64,000 bases of DNA from an uncultured Candidatus Micrarchaeota archaeon. Lineage in GTDB: Archaea > Micrarchaeota > Micrarchaeia > Burarchaeales > Fermentimicrarchaeaceae. Made by a program: the position numbers and the translations under genes. The notes under the pieces are model-generated. The model was not told where the DNA came from, did not search any database, and worked only from the letters and a program-made list of their open reading frames with translations. This document shows, one piece after another, positions 22,108-31,912 of the stretch; position 1 is the stretch's first letter, and every line of letters starts with the position of its first letter. The stretch spans positions 32,001-96,000 of the forward strand of contig CAVXDX010000004.1 in assembly GCA_963760615.1 (NCBI GenBank), read 5' to 3'.

Positions 22108-22887
22108 TCACCCTTCCACCAGCTCCCCCTTTCCTGGCGGGAGAGCCCTAGTTATATCCTCCTCACTTATTCCCTTATCATTACTGAGTTTCTCTGATAA
22201 GAGTTGAAACAGCTTCTTGGAAAGGTCGCCTTTTCCAACTCCACCAGGTTTTATCTCGAAATACGATATGAAGCGCCCCTTCCCGCATCTCGCGGGTATG
22301 CACTCAATACCGCTCTCGGTCACTCCAATATACATTTTTAGCTCGATGTTTTTAAACCACTTTCGGTCCCCCTTTATCACAAATCCTCCTTTGGGAACAT
22401 ACTCCCCGTGGGAATGCTTGCCCACCTGCTCCTTCCTTGCCGCATACACATCCACTGCGCCCATCCCCTCCTTCCAGGCGCTGGAGTAGCTTGCTGCGAA
22501 CTGCGCAGCCTCCTCCAGTGTCTTCTCAGGTGCGCATGAGCCGTTCTTCACAACAACAAAAGGAGCTCCATGTATGTCTGCGTGCATGAACATATCTGCA
22601 TCCTCAAAGTATTTTGAGTAGAGGAGCTCATTCTGCTCAGCATCCCTCCCTCCAATCACAAGGAACCCATCGCTGCTGATGAACCAGTGGAACTTCTCAT
22701 ACCACTGCGCCTTCCTCCTCATCTTCGGCTTCTTCTCGACGGCAGGTTCAAACCTATCCAGCTCTTTTTTTGTTTCTTCAATTGCCTTTTCACTTCCCTC
22801 AACCTTCCCCTTCATCCTCTTCCCTTCCTCATAGTATCTGGCGGCATTCTCCTGCACGCTGCTGTTCAAATCCAGCCTAACTTTCAC
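22108..22887 (-). CDS. NFACT RNA-binding domain (DUF814) protein, short form
   Basis: WYEKFHWFISSDGFLVIGGRDAEQNE, MHADIHGAP, GGFVIKG. Confidence 0.88.
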   Translation of the reverse strand: MKVRLDLNSSVQENAARYYEEGKRMKGKVEGSEKAIEETKKELDRFEPAVEKKPKMRRKAQWYEKFHWFISSDGFLVIGGRDAEQNELLYSKYFEDADMFMHADIHGAPFVVVKNGSCAPEKTLEEAAQFAASYSSAWKEGMGAVDVYAARKEQVGKHSHGEYVPKGGFVIKGDRKWFKNIELKMYIGVTESGIECIPARCGKGRFISYFEIKPGGVGKGDLSKKLFQLLSEKLSNDKGISEEDITRALPPGKGELVEG

Positions 22888-23267
22888 AGCATCCTCCTCG
22901 CATCCCGAATCATTTTTGCGTGGTCGAACCCGATTTCCGGGAGTTCATCCAGCCCGAACCACTTCACACTCTCCACCTCAACATCACCCTTCCCTTTTTT
23001 TGAGAGAGGCTTTGCAATAAATGCAACTGTGATGGTGCCTCTTGGGTCCCTCTTTGGGTCGGAGTAGACCCCGACAAATTTCACAAGCTTCACCTTTACC
23101 CCAGTCTCCTCAAGCGCCTCCCTCCTGCAGGCTTCCTCTACAGTCTCCCCCTCCTCAACAAACCCTCCGGGAACCGCCCAGAATCCCTTGTAGGGCTCAA
23201 ATTTTCTTTTGACCAGGAGAACTTTCCCCTTTTGGATTATCAGTGCGTCCACTGTTGTTGGCCTCAT
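22884..23267 (-). CDS. NUDIX hydrolase
   Basis: Nudix box GGFVEEGETVEEACRREALEETG; RDPRG. Confidence 0.93.
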   Translation of the reverse strand: MRPTTVDALIIQKGKVLLVKRKFEPYKGFWAVPGGFVEEGETVEEACRREALEETGVKVKLVKFVGVYSDPKRDPRGTITVAFIAKPLSKKGKGDVEVESVKWFGLDELPEIGFDHAKMIRDARRML

Positions 23268-25287
23268 TTTTACCCCATCCCTCCTTGCTCTTGCATTTCG
23301 GGTCTATGCACATCTGGAATACCTTCTTCCCGCTTCTCACAAATATCATCGGCAGCCCGCATACCTTGCAGGATTTCTTCAGCGGCTTTATGCTCCCGAA
23401 CTGCGGTATGGGGTAGCCCTGGGAGCATTTCGGGTAGTTGGAGCATCCCACAAACCTCTTTCTGGTTGCCTTTGAGACAATTATCTTCAAATTCCCGCCG
23501 CATTTTGGGCACTTCCCAATGAAGTTCTGCTCAAAAGTCGTTTTCTTCAAAGCATCCGCAAGCTCCCTGCCAATTTCCTTCTCCTTCTTCTTGAAATCTA
23601 TCAGAATCTCTGAGAGCGCAGCTTTCCCGCTTTCAATCACTTTACTCTCCTCTATTTTTCCCTCCTGTATCCACTCCATCTCTGTTTCCAGCTTCCTTGT
23701 CATCTCCTCATCCAGAATCTCAGGGGAGTGATGCTCCAGCGCCTCACACACGGCAAGCCCGAATTCAGTGACTCTTATACTCCTGTCCGCAATGTAACCC
23801 CTCTTGTACAACGTGTCAAGGATTGATGAGCGTGTTCCCTTCGTCCCCAACTCCTTCTCCTCAAGCGTTTGGACAATGGAGGCGGGCGTGTATCTCGCGG
23901 GAGGCTTTGTCTTGTCCTTTCTCATCTCCAGCTTGTCAACCTCGACATGCTCCTTCTCCTTGAAACCTGAAAGGTCCACCTCCTCGAATCTCACATAGGG
24001 TTTGTAGAAGTTTATCCAGCCTTCCTTGACCACCCTTGCCCCTTCCGCAGTATACCTCTGATCTCCAAGAAGAAGCTCAACATGCATCTTCTCCCTCACT
24101 GCATTCTCAGCAAAGCAGGAGAGGAATCTCTTTGCAATCAAATCATAAACTTTCAGCTCTGCTTCACTTGTGCCTTTCTTTGGCATGGCGCCTGTTGCAA
24201 ATATTGCCGGGTGCGCCGAGTCGCTCCTGCTTCCCTCCCTTGGGTAGAACCTATTCTTGGCAATAAGCTCCTTAGCGAATTTCTCGTAGTTCGGGTTCTT
24301 TGAGAGTATGTTGATTATCCTCGGCAAATTGAGCTTTGCAGGCAGCTTCTGGGATGCAGTGCGCGGGTAGGATATCAAACCCGCCTCATATAGAGCCTGT
24401 GCAATATCCTGAGTCTGCGAGGGCGATAAGCCAAACCATCTATATGCTTCAATTTGCAATGAGGTCAAATCGAAAGGAGGGTTGGGGGGATGCTCAAAAA
24501 TTTTCCTCTCCACCTTGTCAACAATCCCACTTCTTTCTGTTCTCTTCTTCGCTTCCTCCGCCTCCTTCTTCTCAAGGAATCTGCCTTTCTCATGGGTGAA
24601 CTTCACTCCCCTACAGTGCGCGAACAGCTGCCAGAATGGAACAGGTATAAAGGCAGCTATCTCCCTCTCCCTCGTGCTGAGTATCTTCAGGGTCGGACCC
24701 TGCACCCTACCTATGCTCATCACCCTATACTCACCGCTCTGCCTTACTGCACTCATCAACCCTCTCGACAGGTTTATGCCCCACATCCAGTCCAGTATGC
24801 TGCGCGCCTCCCCTGCATAGGCATTGTTATAATCCAGCTCCTCCCTCTTGTCGTATGCCTCGGCAAGCTCCTCCTCAGTGAGCGTTGAGAACCTCATCCT
24901 TTTGCCGGAAGTCTTGCCGCATGCAAACCTTATGATGTTGAAGCCAATTATACTGCCCTCTGTATCAAAATCGCATGAGTTCACGTACTCCTGAGTTCTC
25001 CCGGCAAGGAATTTTATAACATCGAGATATTTTTTCGTGTAATACGCGCCTTTCTCAACCTGGTATAAAGGAACCCACTCAACATCAAAGACTGGGTAAC
25101 CACCCCCGTTTTTCTCTCTCAGGCTGTAGATATGCCCAACAGCCGGAGCTACATACACCTGCTCCCCCTTCCTGTTAACTTCATAGTAAGCAACTCCGTT
25201 GAATGCCTTCCTCCTTGCATTGCTATCCAATGCCATTGCAACTCTCTGTGCAACGCGTGGTTTCTCGCATATAACAAGCACTGCCAT
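23197..25287 (-). CDS. topA: Type IA DNA topoisomerase (archaeal TopA/Topo III)
   Basis: TOPRIM VICEKP..DFDTEG, SIGRVQGPTL, catalytic LISYPRT, C-terminal zinc ribbons CPKC..CSNYPKC, CKVC..CIDPKC. Confidence 0.95.
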   Translation of the reverse strand: MAVLVICEKPRVAQRVAMALDSNARRKAFNGVAYYEVNRKGEQVYVAPAVGHIYSLREKNGGGYPVFDVEWVPLYQVEKGAYYTKKYLDVIKFLAGRTQEYVNSCDFDTEGSIIGFNIIRFACGKTSGKRMRFSTLTEEELAEAYDKREELDYNNAYAGEARSILDWMWGINLSRGLMSAVRQSGEYRVMSIGRVQGPTLKILSTREREIAAFIPVPFWQLFAHCRGVKFTHEKGRFLEKKEAEEAKKRTERSGIVDKVERKIFEHPPNPPFDLTSLQIEAYRWFGLSPSQTQDIAQALYEAGLISYPRTASQKLPAKLNLPRIINILSKNPNYEKFAKELIAKNRFYPREGSRSDSAHPAIFATGAMPKKGTSEAELKVYDLIAKRFLSCFAENAVREKMHVELLLGDQRYTAEGARVVKEGWINFYKPYVRFEEVDLSGFKEKEHVEVDKLEMRKDKTKPPARYTPASIVQTLEEKELGTKGTRSSILDTLYKRGYIADRSIRVTEFGLAVCEALEHHSPEILDEEMTRKLETEMEWIQEGKIEESKVIESGKAALSEILIDFKKKEKEIGRELADALKKTTFEQNFIGKCPKCGGNLKIIVSKATRKRFVGCSNYPKCSQGYPIPQFGSIKPLKKSCKVCGLPMIFVRSGKKVFQMCIDPKCKSKEGWGKNEANNSGRTDNPKGESSPGQKKI

Positions 25288-25296
25288 CCCAGCACC

Positions 25297-26178
25297 TCAA
25301 ACCTTATCAGTCTGCTCCCACATCTTTCTGAACTCTTCAATATACCTGTCAACAACCTTTAATTCATAGGTTCTCATCCCGAACTCAATGTTCCTCTCCA
25401 GGCTCGTTTTTGTTAAATTTGCTGAAGTGAACAGCACCTCAACATCGTCAACAATGAGGAACTTTGCATGCACTACGGAGTTCAAGCATATGGGTATGCC
25501 TGCCTTCTGCAGCCGTTCAACCATGGCTCCGTGGGATGCATCACCCTCAAGCGCAGGCCTGCAGACTATTCGTAGGTCAAGATTCTTCTTCTTAAGCGCC
25601 TCCAACCTTTCAAGTATAACGTCAACCCCCCATATCCACGGGGAGACAAGAGAAACGCCCACCTCCGCGAACTCCAGCATATCCATTATGTTCTTCTTTA
25701 TCTTCTCAGGCTCTAGGATTTCGCTCCTGCTCCTCCCAGAGGAATAGCATTCAGAAAGCCTCAAGACTCTCTTGTATCCTCCTTCAATAACTCTATCAAT
25801 TTTTTCAAGCGTCTGTTCTCTGTATCTGTCTCTTGCTTTGATGAAGGACTCGTATAATATTCTCTCATCAAGGCTCAGCCTGTCAAAGTTAAGGGAGTTG
25901 AGCCTCACAGCCTCAAGGTTCTTCTCATCCCTGAGCTTGTACACTTCATTGATTTTCTTCAAATCAGGCTCGGACTTCTCCTCAAGCATGTCTCTGACAT
26001 TGTTTGGCTCAATACTGGCTCCCTTTAGAAGTAACTTCTCAGCATCCTCAAGAACCTCACGAACTTCTTCCCTCAGATGTTCCTCCATCTCGCCGTAGAA
26101 GCTGTTGCTCATCTTCTCCAGATTCTTCGTTTCCTTCTCTCCGCTCCACAGTTTGAAAAGCTTCTCTTTTGCGTCCAT
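25297..26178 (-). CDS. Phospholipase D-superfamily (single HKD) protein with GINS A-domain-like helical N-terminus
   Basis: HAKFLIVD..TSANLT...NIEFG HKD motif (clear); N-terminal GINS-like pattern (tentative). Confidence 0.75.
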   Translation of the reverse strand: MDAKEKLFKLWSGEKETKNLEKMSNSFYGEMEEHLREEVREVLEDAEKLLLKGASIEPNNVRDMLEEKSEPDLKKINEVYKLRDEKNLEAVRLNSLNFDRLSLDERILYESFIKARDRYREQTLEKIDRVIEGGYKRVLRLSECYSSGRSRSEILEPEKIKKNIMDMLEFAEVGVSLVSPWIWGVDVILERLEALKKKNLDLRIVCRPALEGDASHGAMVERLQKAGIPICLNSVVHAKFLIVDDVEVLFTSANLTKTSLERNIEFGMRTYELKVVDRYIEEFRKMWEQTDKV

Positions 26179-26215
26179 TGATAACTATTAAAAAGGTTTA
26201 CCAATAAAAAATAGT

Positions 26216-27838
26216 ATGCAAACTTCTAATTCGCCTGCGGAAAAGGAAAGAAAATATATCATCGTAGTAGGTTCGTTGATGAGCGGTCTGGGGAAGGGGA
26301 TTGTCACAGCCTCTGTTGGCAAGGAGCTCCAGTCAAAGGGCTTCAATATTGTGCCTGTGAAGTTCGACGGCTATCTTAATGTGGACTGCGGAACAATGAA
26401 CCCCTACAGGCATGGTGAGGTATTCGTGCTTGACGATGGCGCGGAGTGCGACATGGATTTGGGCACTTATGAGAGATTCCTCAACATAGATTTGAAATGG
26501 GACAACAACATAACTGGAGGGAAAATCTTCAGGCTTATCATTGACAAGGAGAGGAAAGGAGGTTACCTGGGGTATGACGTGCAGATAGTGCCTCATCTGA
26601 CAAATGAAATTACTAAGTGGGTGAAGAAGGTAGGCAGCGATTTTGATGCGGATATTGTGCTCGTAGAAGTCGGTGGGACTGTTGGAGATTTGGAGAACTC
26701 GTACTTCATTGAAGCCATGAGGCAGCTTGCCCTTGAGAACAAGAACAGTGCAATGTTCATACAAGTTACTTACGTGCCTGTTCTTGAAACTGTGGGTGAG
26801 CAGAAGACAAAGCCGACCCAGCATGCGACAAGACTGCTTCAGAGCATGGGTGTCCAGCCGGATGTGATAATATGCAGAGGTGCGGAGAAGCTCTCTGCAA
26901 ATGCGAAGAAGAAGATAGCTCTGTTCTGCAATGTCCCTGAGGAGGCAGTCATAGACGACCCGGATAGCGAGACGATATACGAAGTTCCTCTCCTCTTTGA
27001 GAAGCAGAATCTTGTTGAATTGATAATGCAGAAGCTCTCTATAAAGCCGAGCAAGAAGGATTTGAAGAACTGGGAGGGGCTTGTTGAGAAGATAAAGAGC
27101 CCGAAGAAGGAAGTTACAATTGGGATAACCGGCAAGTACACCGCACTGAAGGACGCTTATGTAAGCATAAAGGAAGCCTTGACTCATGCAGGAGCGCATA
27201 ACGACTGTAGGGTAAATATAAAGTGGATTGAGACGACAGACATAGAGGATGGAAAGCAAACAGTGGATGTGCTGAAGGATTGTGATGGAATGATAGTGCC
27301 TGGCGGCTTCGGGGAGAGGGGCATGGAGGGTAAGATTCAGTGCATAAGGTATGCACGGGAAAAGGGAATGCCTTTCCTTGGGTTATGCTTGGGGATGCAG
27401 CTTGCGGTAGTTGAGTATGCAAGGAATGTCTGCGGTTTGGAAGGGGCGAATACAACTGAGAGCGACTCGAATACGAAACACCCAGTTGTAGACTTGCTGC
27501 CCGAGCAGAGGAGAATAGTCTACAAGGGGGCAACAATGCGTCTGGGAGGGCATGATGTTCAGATAAAGGATGGAACGCTTGCCTGCAAATTGTACGGAGG
27601 CACAAAGGCAAGGGAGCGCTTCAGGCACAGGTATGAGATAAACGAGAAGTACATCAAAATTCTTGAGGAGAAAGGACTGGTTTTCTCGGGCAAGGCCGTT
27701 GGGGAGGATGTGATGCAGATTGCTGAGCTGCCCAACCACAAATTCTTCCTTGGGACGCAGTTCCATCCAGAGTTCACATCAAGATTTGAAAGGCCGAACC
27801 CGCTCTTTGTGGGATTCCTGAAAGCATGCATGAAATAA
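26216..27838 (+). CDS. pyrG: CTP synthase
   Basis: SGLGKGI, GTMNPYRHGEVFV, KTKPTQH, GLCLGMQ, QFHPE. Confidence 0.96.
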   Translation: MQTSNSPAEKERKYIIVVGSLMSGLGKGIVTASVGKELQSKGFNIVPVKFDGYLNVDCGTMNPYRHGEVFVLDDGAECDMDLGTYERFLNIDLKWDNNITGGKIFRLIIDKERKGGYLGYDVQIVPHLTNEITKWVKKVGSDFDADIVLVEVGGTVGDLENSYFIEAMRQLALENKNSAMFIQVTYVPVLETVGEQKTKPTQHATRLLQSMGVQPDVIICRGAEKLSANAKKKIALFCNVPEEAVIDDPDSETIYEVPLLFEKQNLVELIMQKLSIKPSKKDLKNWEGLVEKIKSPKKEVTIGITGKYTALKDAYVSIKEALTHAGAHNDCRVNIKWIETTDIEDGKQTVDVLKDCDGMIVPGGFGERGMEGKIQCIRYAREKGMPFLGLCLGMQLAVVEYARNVCGLEGANTTESDSNTKHPVVDLLPEQRRIVYKGATMRLGGHDVQIKDGTLACKLYGGTKARERFRHRYEINEKYIKILEEKGLVFSGKAVGEDVMQIAELPNHKFFLGTQFHPEFTSRFERPNPLFVGFLKACMK

Positions 27839-27842
27839 ATAG

Positions 27843-28421
27843 CTACTTCTCCTTCTTCTTTATGACGCAGATTTCCCCCAAGTTAACTCTTCCATCCTCA
27901 CTCTTCTTCATAAAGGGCTCCAGCTCCTTCATTTTCTCTTCTTCCACCTTCCTTTTCAGCTCAAGCAGCTTCTTCTCCTTCCTTGAATCCTTTTCTGTGC
28001 TGTGCTTCTCGTGAACCTTTGCCCTCAGCTCGTTCATCCTTGTCTCAAACTCCTTAACCTGCTGCTCCGCCCTCTTTATGTCCTCGCTTATGAGAATAAG
28101 CCTTCTCTCCATCCTTTCAACTTCTATTGCACCTTTAAGCTTCTTCTCCCAATTCCTGACTTCCTTGACAAGCTCCCTCTCCTGCTTCAATGTTCTTGCT
28201 TCTGTTGAAATTATGAACTCCAGTCTATGGATATTTTTTCGTATCTCTCTCGCCGGTGGAAGTGGGCTCTCTTTTTTCCTTTTCTCCACCATCTCGCTCA
28301 AAGCCTTTGCCTCATAAACCTTGTACCGGTACCTCCTGTCGGCCTCCTTCAGCCTCTCAAGTAGGCTAGCTTTCTCCCTTTCAAGCACTTCCACATCCCC
28401 GGCAGGTCTCTGTTCTTCCAT
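27843..28421 (-). CDS. Coiled-coil hypothetical protein
   Basis: E/K/R-rich helical sequence; start at ATG 28421 with TATA-like box about 25 nt upstream. Confidence 0.75.
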   Translation of the reverse strand: MEEQRPAGDVEVLEREKASLLERLKEADRRYRYKVYEAKALSEMVEKRKKESPLPPAREIRKNIHRLEFIISTEARTLKQERELVKEVRNWEKKLKGAIEVERMERRLILISEDIKRAEQQVKEFETRMNELRAKVHEKHSTEKDSRKEKKLLELKRKVEEEKMKELEPFMKKSEDGRVNLGEICVIKKKEK

Positions 28422-28500
28422 GCAGCTCCTCTCAAGCGAAAGCTTTATATTAGGGTCATAATATAATAAACTTACTTCGTTTTTTGCGTCTTCTCTAATA

Positions 28501-28560
28501 CTGCCGAAAGGCAGCAAAACTGGTCGCCTTGCCAGCGCATAACGCGCTGGCCTCTTTTTA
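28501..28560 (+). other. Two adjacent intergenic hairpins followed by a T-rich tract (possible terminator/attenuator or sRNA)
   Basis: CTGCC-GAAA-GGCAG (28501-28514); GCCAGCGC-ATAAC-GCGCTGGC (28531-28551) followed by CTCTTTTT. Confidence 0.45.
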
Positions 28561-28672
28561 ATAAACTCTCACTTATCAAGCGTTCACCAGTTTTCAGCAA
28601 TGCGTATGAATATAACTGCCAAAAAGATTCTCCCCTTATTTATATTTATCCCTATATTTAAATACTGTTCTT

Positions 28673-29752
28673 ATGATTGAGATAAAGGCGGATGAGATGG
28701 AAGGCGGAGGGCAGATCCTGCGCTCCTCCCTCTCCCTCTCCTCTGTGCTGCATGTGCCTGTGAAGCTCTTCAATATACGTGCCAAGAGGACAAAGCCCGG
28801 GATGCAGGCGCAGCATCTCATGGGCGTTCAGGCTGCCTCAATAATGGCAGATGCCCAGACTCCGGGGCTTGCAAAAGGATCAACAGAGCTTCTCTATTCG
28901 CCATCCTCAATACACGGGGGCGACTTCAGGTTCAATGTAGGAACTGCCGGCTCCTCAATGCTCGTGCTTCAAACAATAATGCCTCTTGCAGCATTCGCTA
29001 CTTCTGATGTGAGCTTCAGGATAATTGGCGGGACCCACGTTGCGTGGTCGCCCAACTTCCATTTTGTAAAGGAGGTTTTCCTCCCCCTCCTGGGAAAAAC
29101 AGGCTTCTCGCCATCCTCACTTGAGCTTGAGAGGGCCGGCTGGTATCCGAAGGGAGGTGGCGCAGTGAAGTTCTTGTCAAAACCCATTGATTCCTTGCAA
29201 CCTCTCAACCTGGAATCGCCAGGCAAACTCCTCAAAATAGGAGGTGTTTCCTGTTGCTCCAACCTGCCTGAGGTTGTTGTTGAGAGGCAGGCGGAGTCAG
29301 CCAAGCAGCTGCTCAGGGAAAGCGGCTATGAGGCGGAAATAGAAAAGCAGGTTCTCCCCTCCCCGTCGAGGGGCTCTGCCCTGACGTTCTACGCAGTATA
29401 CGAAAACAGCGTGCTCGGCGCATCCTCCCTAGGTGCTTTGGGGAAAAAATCCGAGAAGGTGGGGGAGGAAGCCGCAAAAGGGCTTCTTGCAGAAATGGGA
29501 AGCGGTGCTGCGCTGGACAGACATGCAGGGGACCAGCTCCTCATCTACATGGCATTGGCAAAAGGCGAATCCTCAGTAACAGTAAGCGAACTCACCCCGC
29601 ACATAAAGACGAACATATGGGTGCTGGAGCAGTTCGTAGATGCGCGCTTCAGGGTTGAGGAGCTTGCGAACCGCGCGGCAAGAATAGCCGTGAAGGGAAT
29701 AGGGTTGGAGAGAAGCCAGCTGCGCTCAGCTGAACAGTCCAAGAGGGAATAA
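28673..29752 (+). CDS. rtcA: RNA 3'-terminal phosphate cyclase
   Basis: EGGGQILRSSL, NIRAKR..PG...QHL, TAGS, GWYPKGGG, LDRHAGDQLL. Confidence 0.94.
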   Translation: MIEIKADEMEGGGQILRSSLSLSSVLHVPVKLFNIRAKRTKPGMQAQHLMGVQAASIMADAQTPGLAKGSTELLYSPSSIHGGDFRFNVGTAGSSMLVLQTIMPLAAFATSDVSFRIIGGTHVAWSPNFHFVKEVFLPLLGKTGFSPSSLELERAGWYPKGGGAVKFLSKPIDSLQPLNLESPGKLLKIGGVSCCSNLPEVVVERQAESAKQLLRESGYEAEIEKQVLPSPSRGSALTFYAVYENSVLGASSLGALGKKSEKVGEEAAKGLLAEMGSGAALDRHAGDQLLIYMALAKGESSVTVSELTPHIKTNIWVLEQFVDARFRVEELANRAARIAVKGIGLERSQLRSAEQSKRE

Positions 29753-30643
29753 GTAAGCCAACGGGTCACCGAAAAGCAGAGCTGCCAAGAGGGCTATGAG
29801 CACATATGGCATGAAGACTGGCATCTCCTTGTACACAGGGAACTTCTTCTTCCTGCCAATTTTTTTGAGCTTCTCTATCTCTTTAGGAGTGAGCAGCCTG
29901 TCAAGCTTGTACTCGCTCACCAGCTTCGGATCCATCTTCTCAACTGCAAGTATGTCCTCCTCATCTATCTCGCCAACCACAACCATTCTTATCATGTACT
30001 TGTCGCTTATATAGTCCTTGAATGCGAAGAGGCTCGTGGCGCAAACAATCACTGCTCCAAAAACTGCAAGCTGCGTCTGCGGGAGCTCCACCAGGCTGTT
30101 CAGATAGTAAAGGAATGCAGCGTAGAACGTAAGCGTGGCAGCTGCAAGCAAAACCTGCGATGGGTTGACACTAACCTCGCCTTTCAGCATATTGTAGAGT
30201 GTTAAGGGTATATACCTGAGGAATATGCCGAACACGGCAAGGATGCCCGAGAGCACAAATATCGAGACAACAAATGGGAAGCCCAACTGCGGTTTTGCTG
30301 TCAGGTATATTGACTGTGGCGCTTCTGGAAGCAGCAGAGCTATGGAAACAAAAACGAGAACATCTGCTCCGCCTATCTGGCCGACTCTGTAGAGTGCATA
30401 GCCAATCGCAAAGATGAAAAGAGCCGCAAGAATGCCGCTGCTGACTGTCATGTCTAAAAGAGCAGTAAAACCATTGCTCATTATCAAGTCTATGTTGAAG
30501 CTTGCGAGTGCGAACAGTGCTCCCAACGCTACGAGCGTGTAGGTGAGCCATGAAGGGACATTCCTCCTGTTGAAAAGATCGTAGTATGTCGCGCCTGCGC
30601 ACCCTGCAAGGCATATTGCGAGCCTCACAACTTCAAACTCCAT
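29726..30643 (-). CDS. A24 family prepilin/preflagellin peptidase
   Basis: YYD and GGAD aspartate motifs, multi-TM, C-terminal MPVFMPY. Confidence 0.8.
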   Translation of the reverse strand: MEFEVVRLAICLAGCAGATYYDLFNRRNVPSWLTYTLVALGALFALASFNIDLIMSNGFTALLDMTVSSGILAALFIFAIGYALYRVGQIGGADVLVFVSIALLLPEAPQSIYLTAKPQLGFPFVVSIFVLSGILAVFGIFLRYIPLTLYNMLKGEVSVNPSQVLLAAATLTFYAAFLYYLNSLVELPQTQLAVFGAVIVCATSLFAFKDYISDKYMIRMVVVGEIDEEDILAVEKMDPKLVSEYKLDRLLTPKEIEKLKKIGRKKKFPVYKEMPVFMPYVLIALLAALLFGDPLAYLFPLGLFS

Positions 30644-30647
30644 CCAC

Positions 30648-31574
30648 TCACCCCGCAACCTTTATCCTGTTCTTCCGCAGCTCTCTCAGAAGATTCTCTG
30701 TTATCTGCGCCTCAGCCTGCCTCTTCTTCCTTGCTGCCACAAGGTAGCGCACAGCAACCCTCACAGCCCCCCCTTCCAAAGAGACGTAGGCTATAGGCTC
30801 CTCCTTGATGTCCCTTATTTTGAGTTTGTACTTCCTCAAACTAAGAAACTTGGCTGCGTCCTTCATCTTTTCTCCCACAACATCTTTCACTGCGTTCTCT
30901 GCAAGCTTCTTTGCAAGCTCATAGTCGCTGCTGTAGACAACCCTAAATGATACCTCATCCCAGATGAAAGGGCTCTCTGCAGTGTAGTTCACAACATTCT
31001 TACTGAGAACAATACTGTTTGGCACGCTCACAAAACCCCCGGTTTCCTGCCAGCTCACCCTGTCAAGTTCATTTATCCTTGTGAAGAAGAGGCTTATGTC
31101 AGATACGTCACCCAGCGCGCCCCACATGCTGTCGCCTATGAAAACTCTGTCGCCTGTTTTGTACAGCCTTGAGGCAACTATGGCCACCCAGCCTACTAGG
31201 TTCAGCAGTGCAGGCTGCACTGCTATTGCAACACCGGCACCAACAAGTCCTGAGAAAAGCGTCAGGGAGGAAATATCCCCGAGATATATGAAGCCCAGCA
31301 GGAGCAGGACAAGCCCTGCTGCGAGATACTTCTGAATACCAGTGACATACCTTCTCTCATCCTCAGAAAGCTTAAAGTGTCTTGTCATCCATGTCTCGGT
31401 AAACTTCAGCAGGCCGAATACAATCAATACAACTAGAACAGTCCTCAAAATCTTGTCAATGACCACCATCAGCTCCTGGGTGATTTGGAGTCTAGCCTCG
31501 AGAATAGGAAGGGTGTACACCATAACAAGTATTACTGCCAGGTAGACAAGGAAAGATGGCGTATCCATTCTCAC
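30648..31574 (-). CDS. mscS: Small-conductance mechanosensitive channel
   Basis: GLVGAGVAIAVQ..LLN, YKTGDRVFIG, VSVPNS. Confidence 0.88.
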   Translation of the reverse strand: MRMDTPSFLVYLAVILVMVYTLPILEARLQITQELMVVIDKILRTVLVVLIVFGLLKFTETWMTRHFKLSEDERRYVTGIQKYLAAGLVLLLLGFIYLGDISSLTLFSGLVGAGVAIAVQPALLNLVGWVAIVASRLYKTGDRVFIGDSMWGALGDVSDISLFFTRINELDRVSWQETGGFVSVPNSIVLSKNVVNYTAESPFIWDEVSFRVVYSSDYELAKKLAENAVKDVVGEKMKDAAKFLSLRKYKLKIRDIKEEPIAYVSLEGGAVRVAVRYLVAARKKRQAEAQITENLLRELRKNRIKVAG

Positions 31575-31912
31575 ACCTTCACAATTGCATCCAGTTCAAT
31601 CGAAGCTTCCTTAGGAAGTGCCGAAACCCCAACAGTCGTTCTTGCAGGGGGATTTTTTCCAAAGTACTCCGAATAAACTTTATTCATAATATTGAAATCC
31701 GCAATATCTTTTAAATACACAGTAACCTTAACAATACCCTCAACCTTCCCGCCTGCTTCCTCAACAACAGCTATGAGATTTTCTATTGCGTTCCTTGTCT
31801 GCTTCTCAATATCTCCAGCTATCCTTCCCTCCTCATCCGTACCAAGCTGTCCTGATACGAATATGAAACCACCTTTTTTGACATATGGTGAATACGGCCC
31901 TGCCACTGTCAT
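31571..31912 (-). CDS. ridA: RidA/YjgF reactive intermediate deaminase
   Basis: GPYS, FVSGQ, VKVTVYL, PPARTTVGVSALP, IELDAI. Confidence 0.93.
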   Translation of the reverse strand: MTVAGPYSPYVKKGGFIFVSGQLGTDEEGRIAGDIEKQTRNAIENLIAVVEEAGGKVEGIVKVTVYLKDIADFNIMNKVYSEYFGKNPPARTTVGVSALPKEASIELDAIVKV

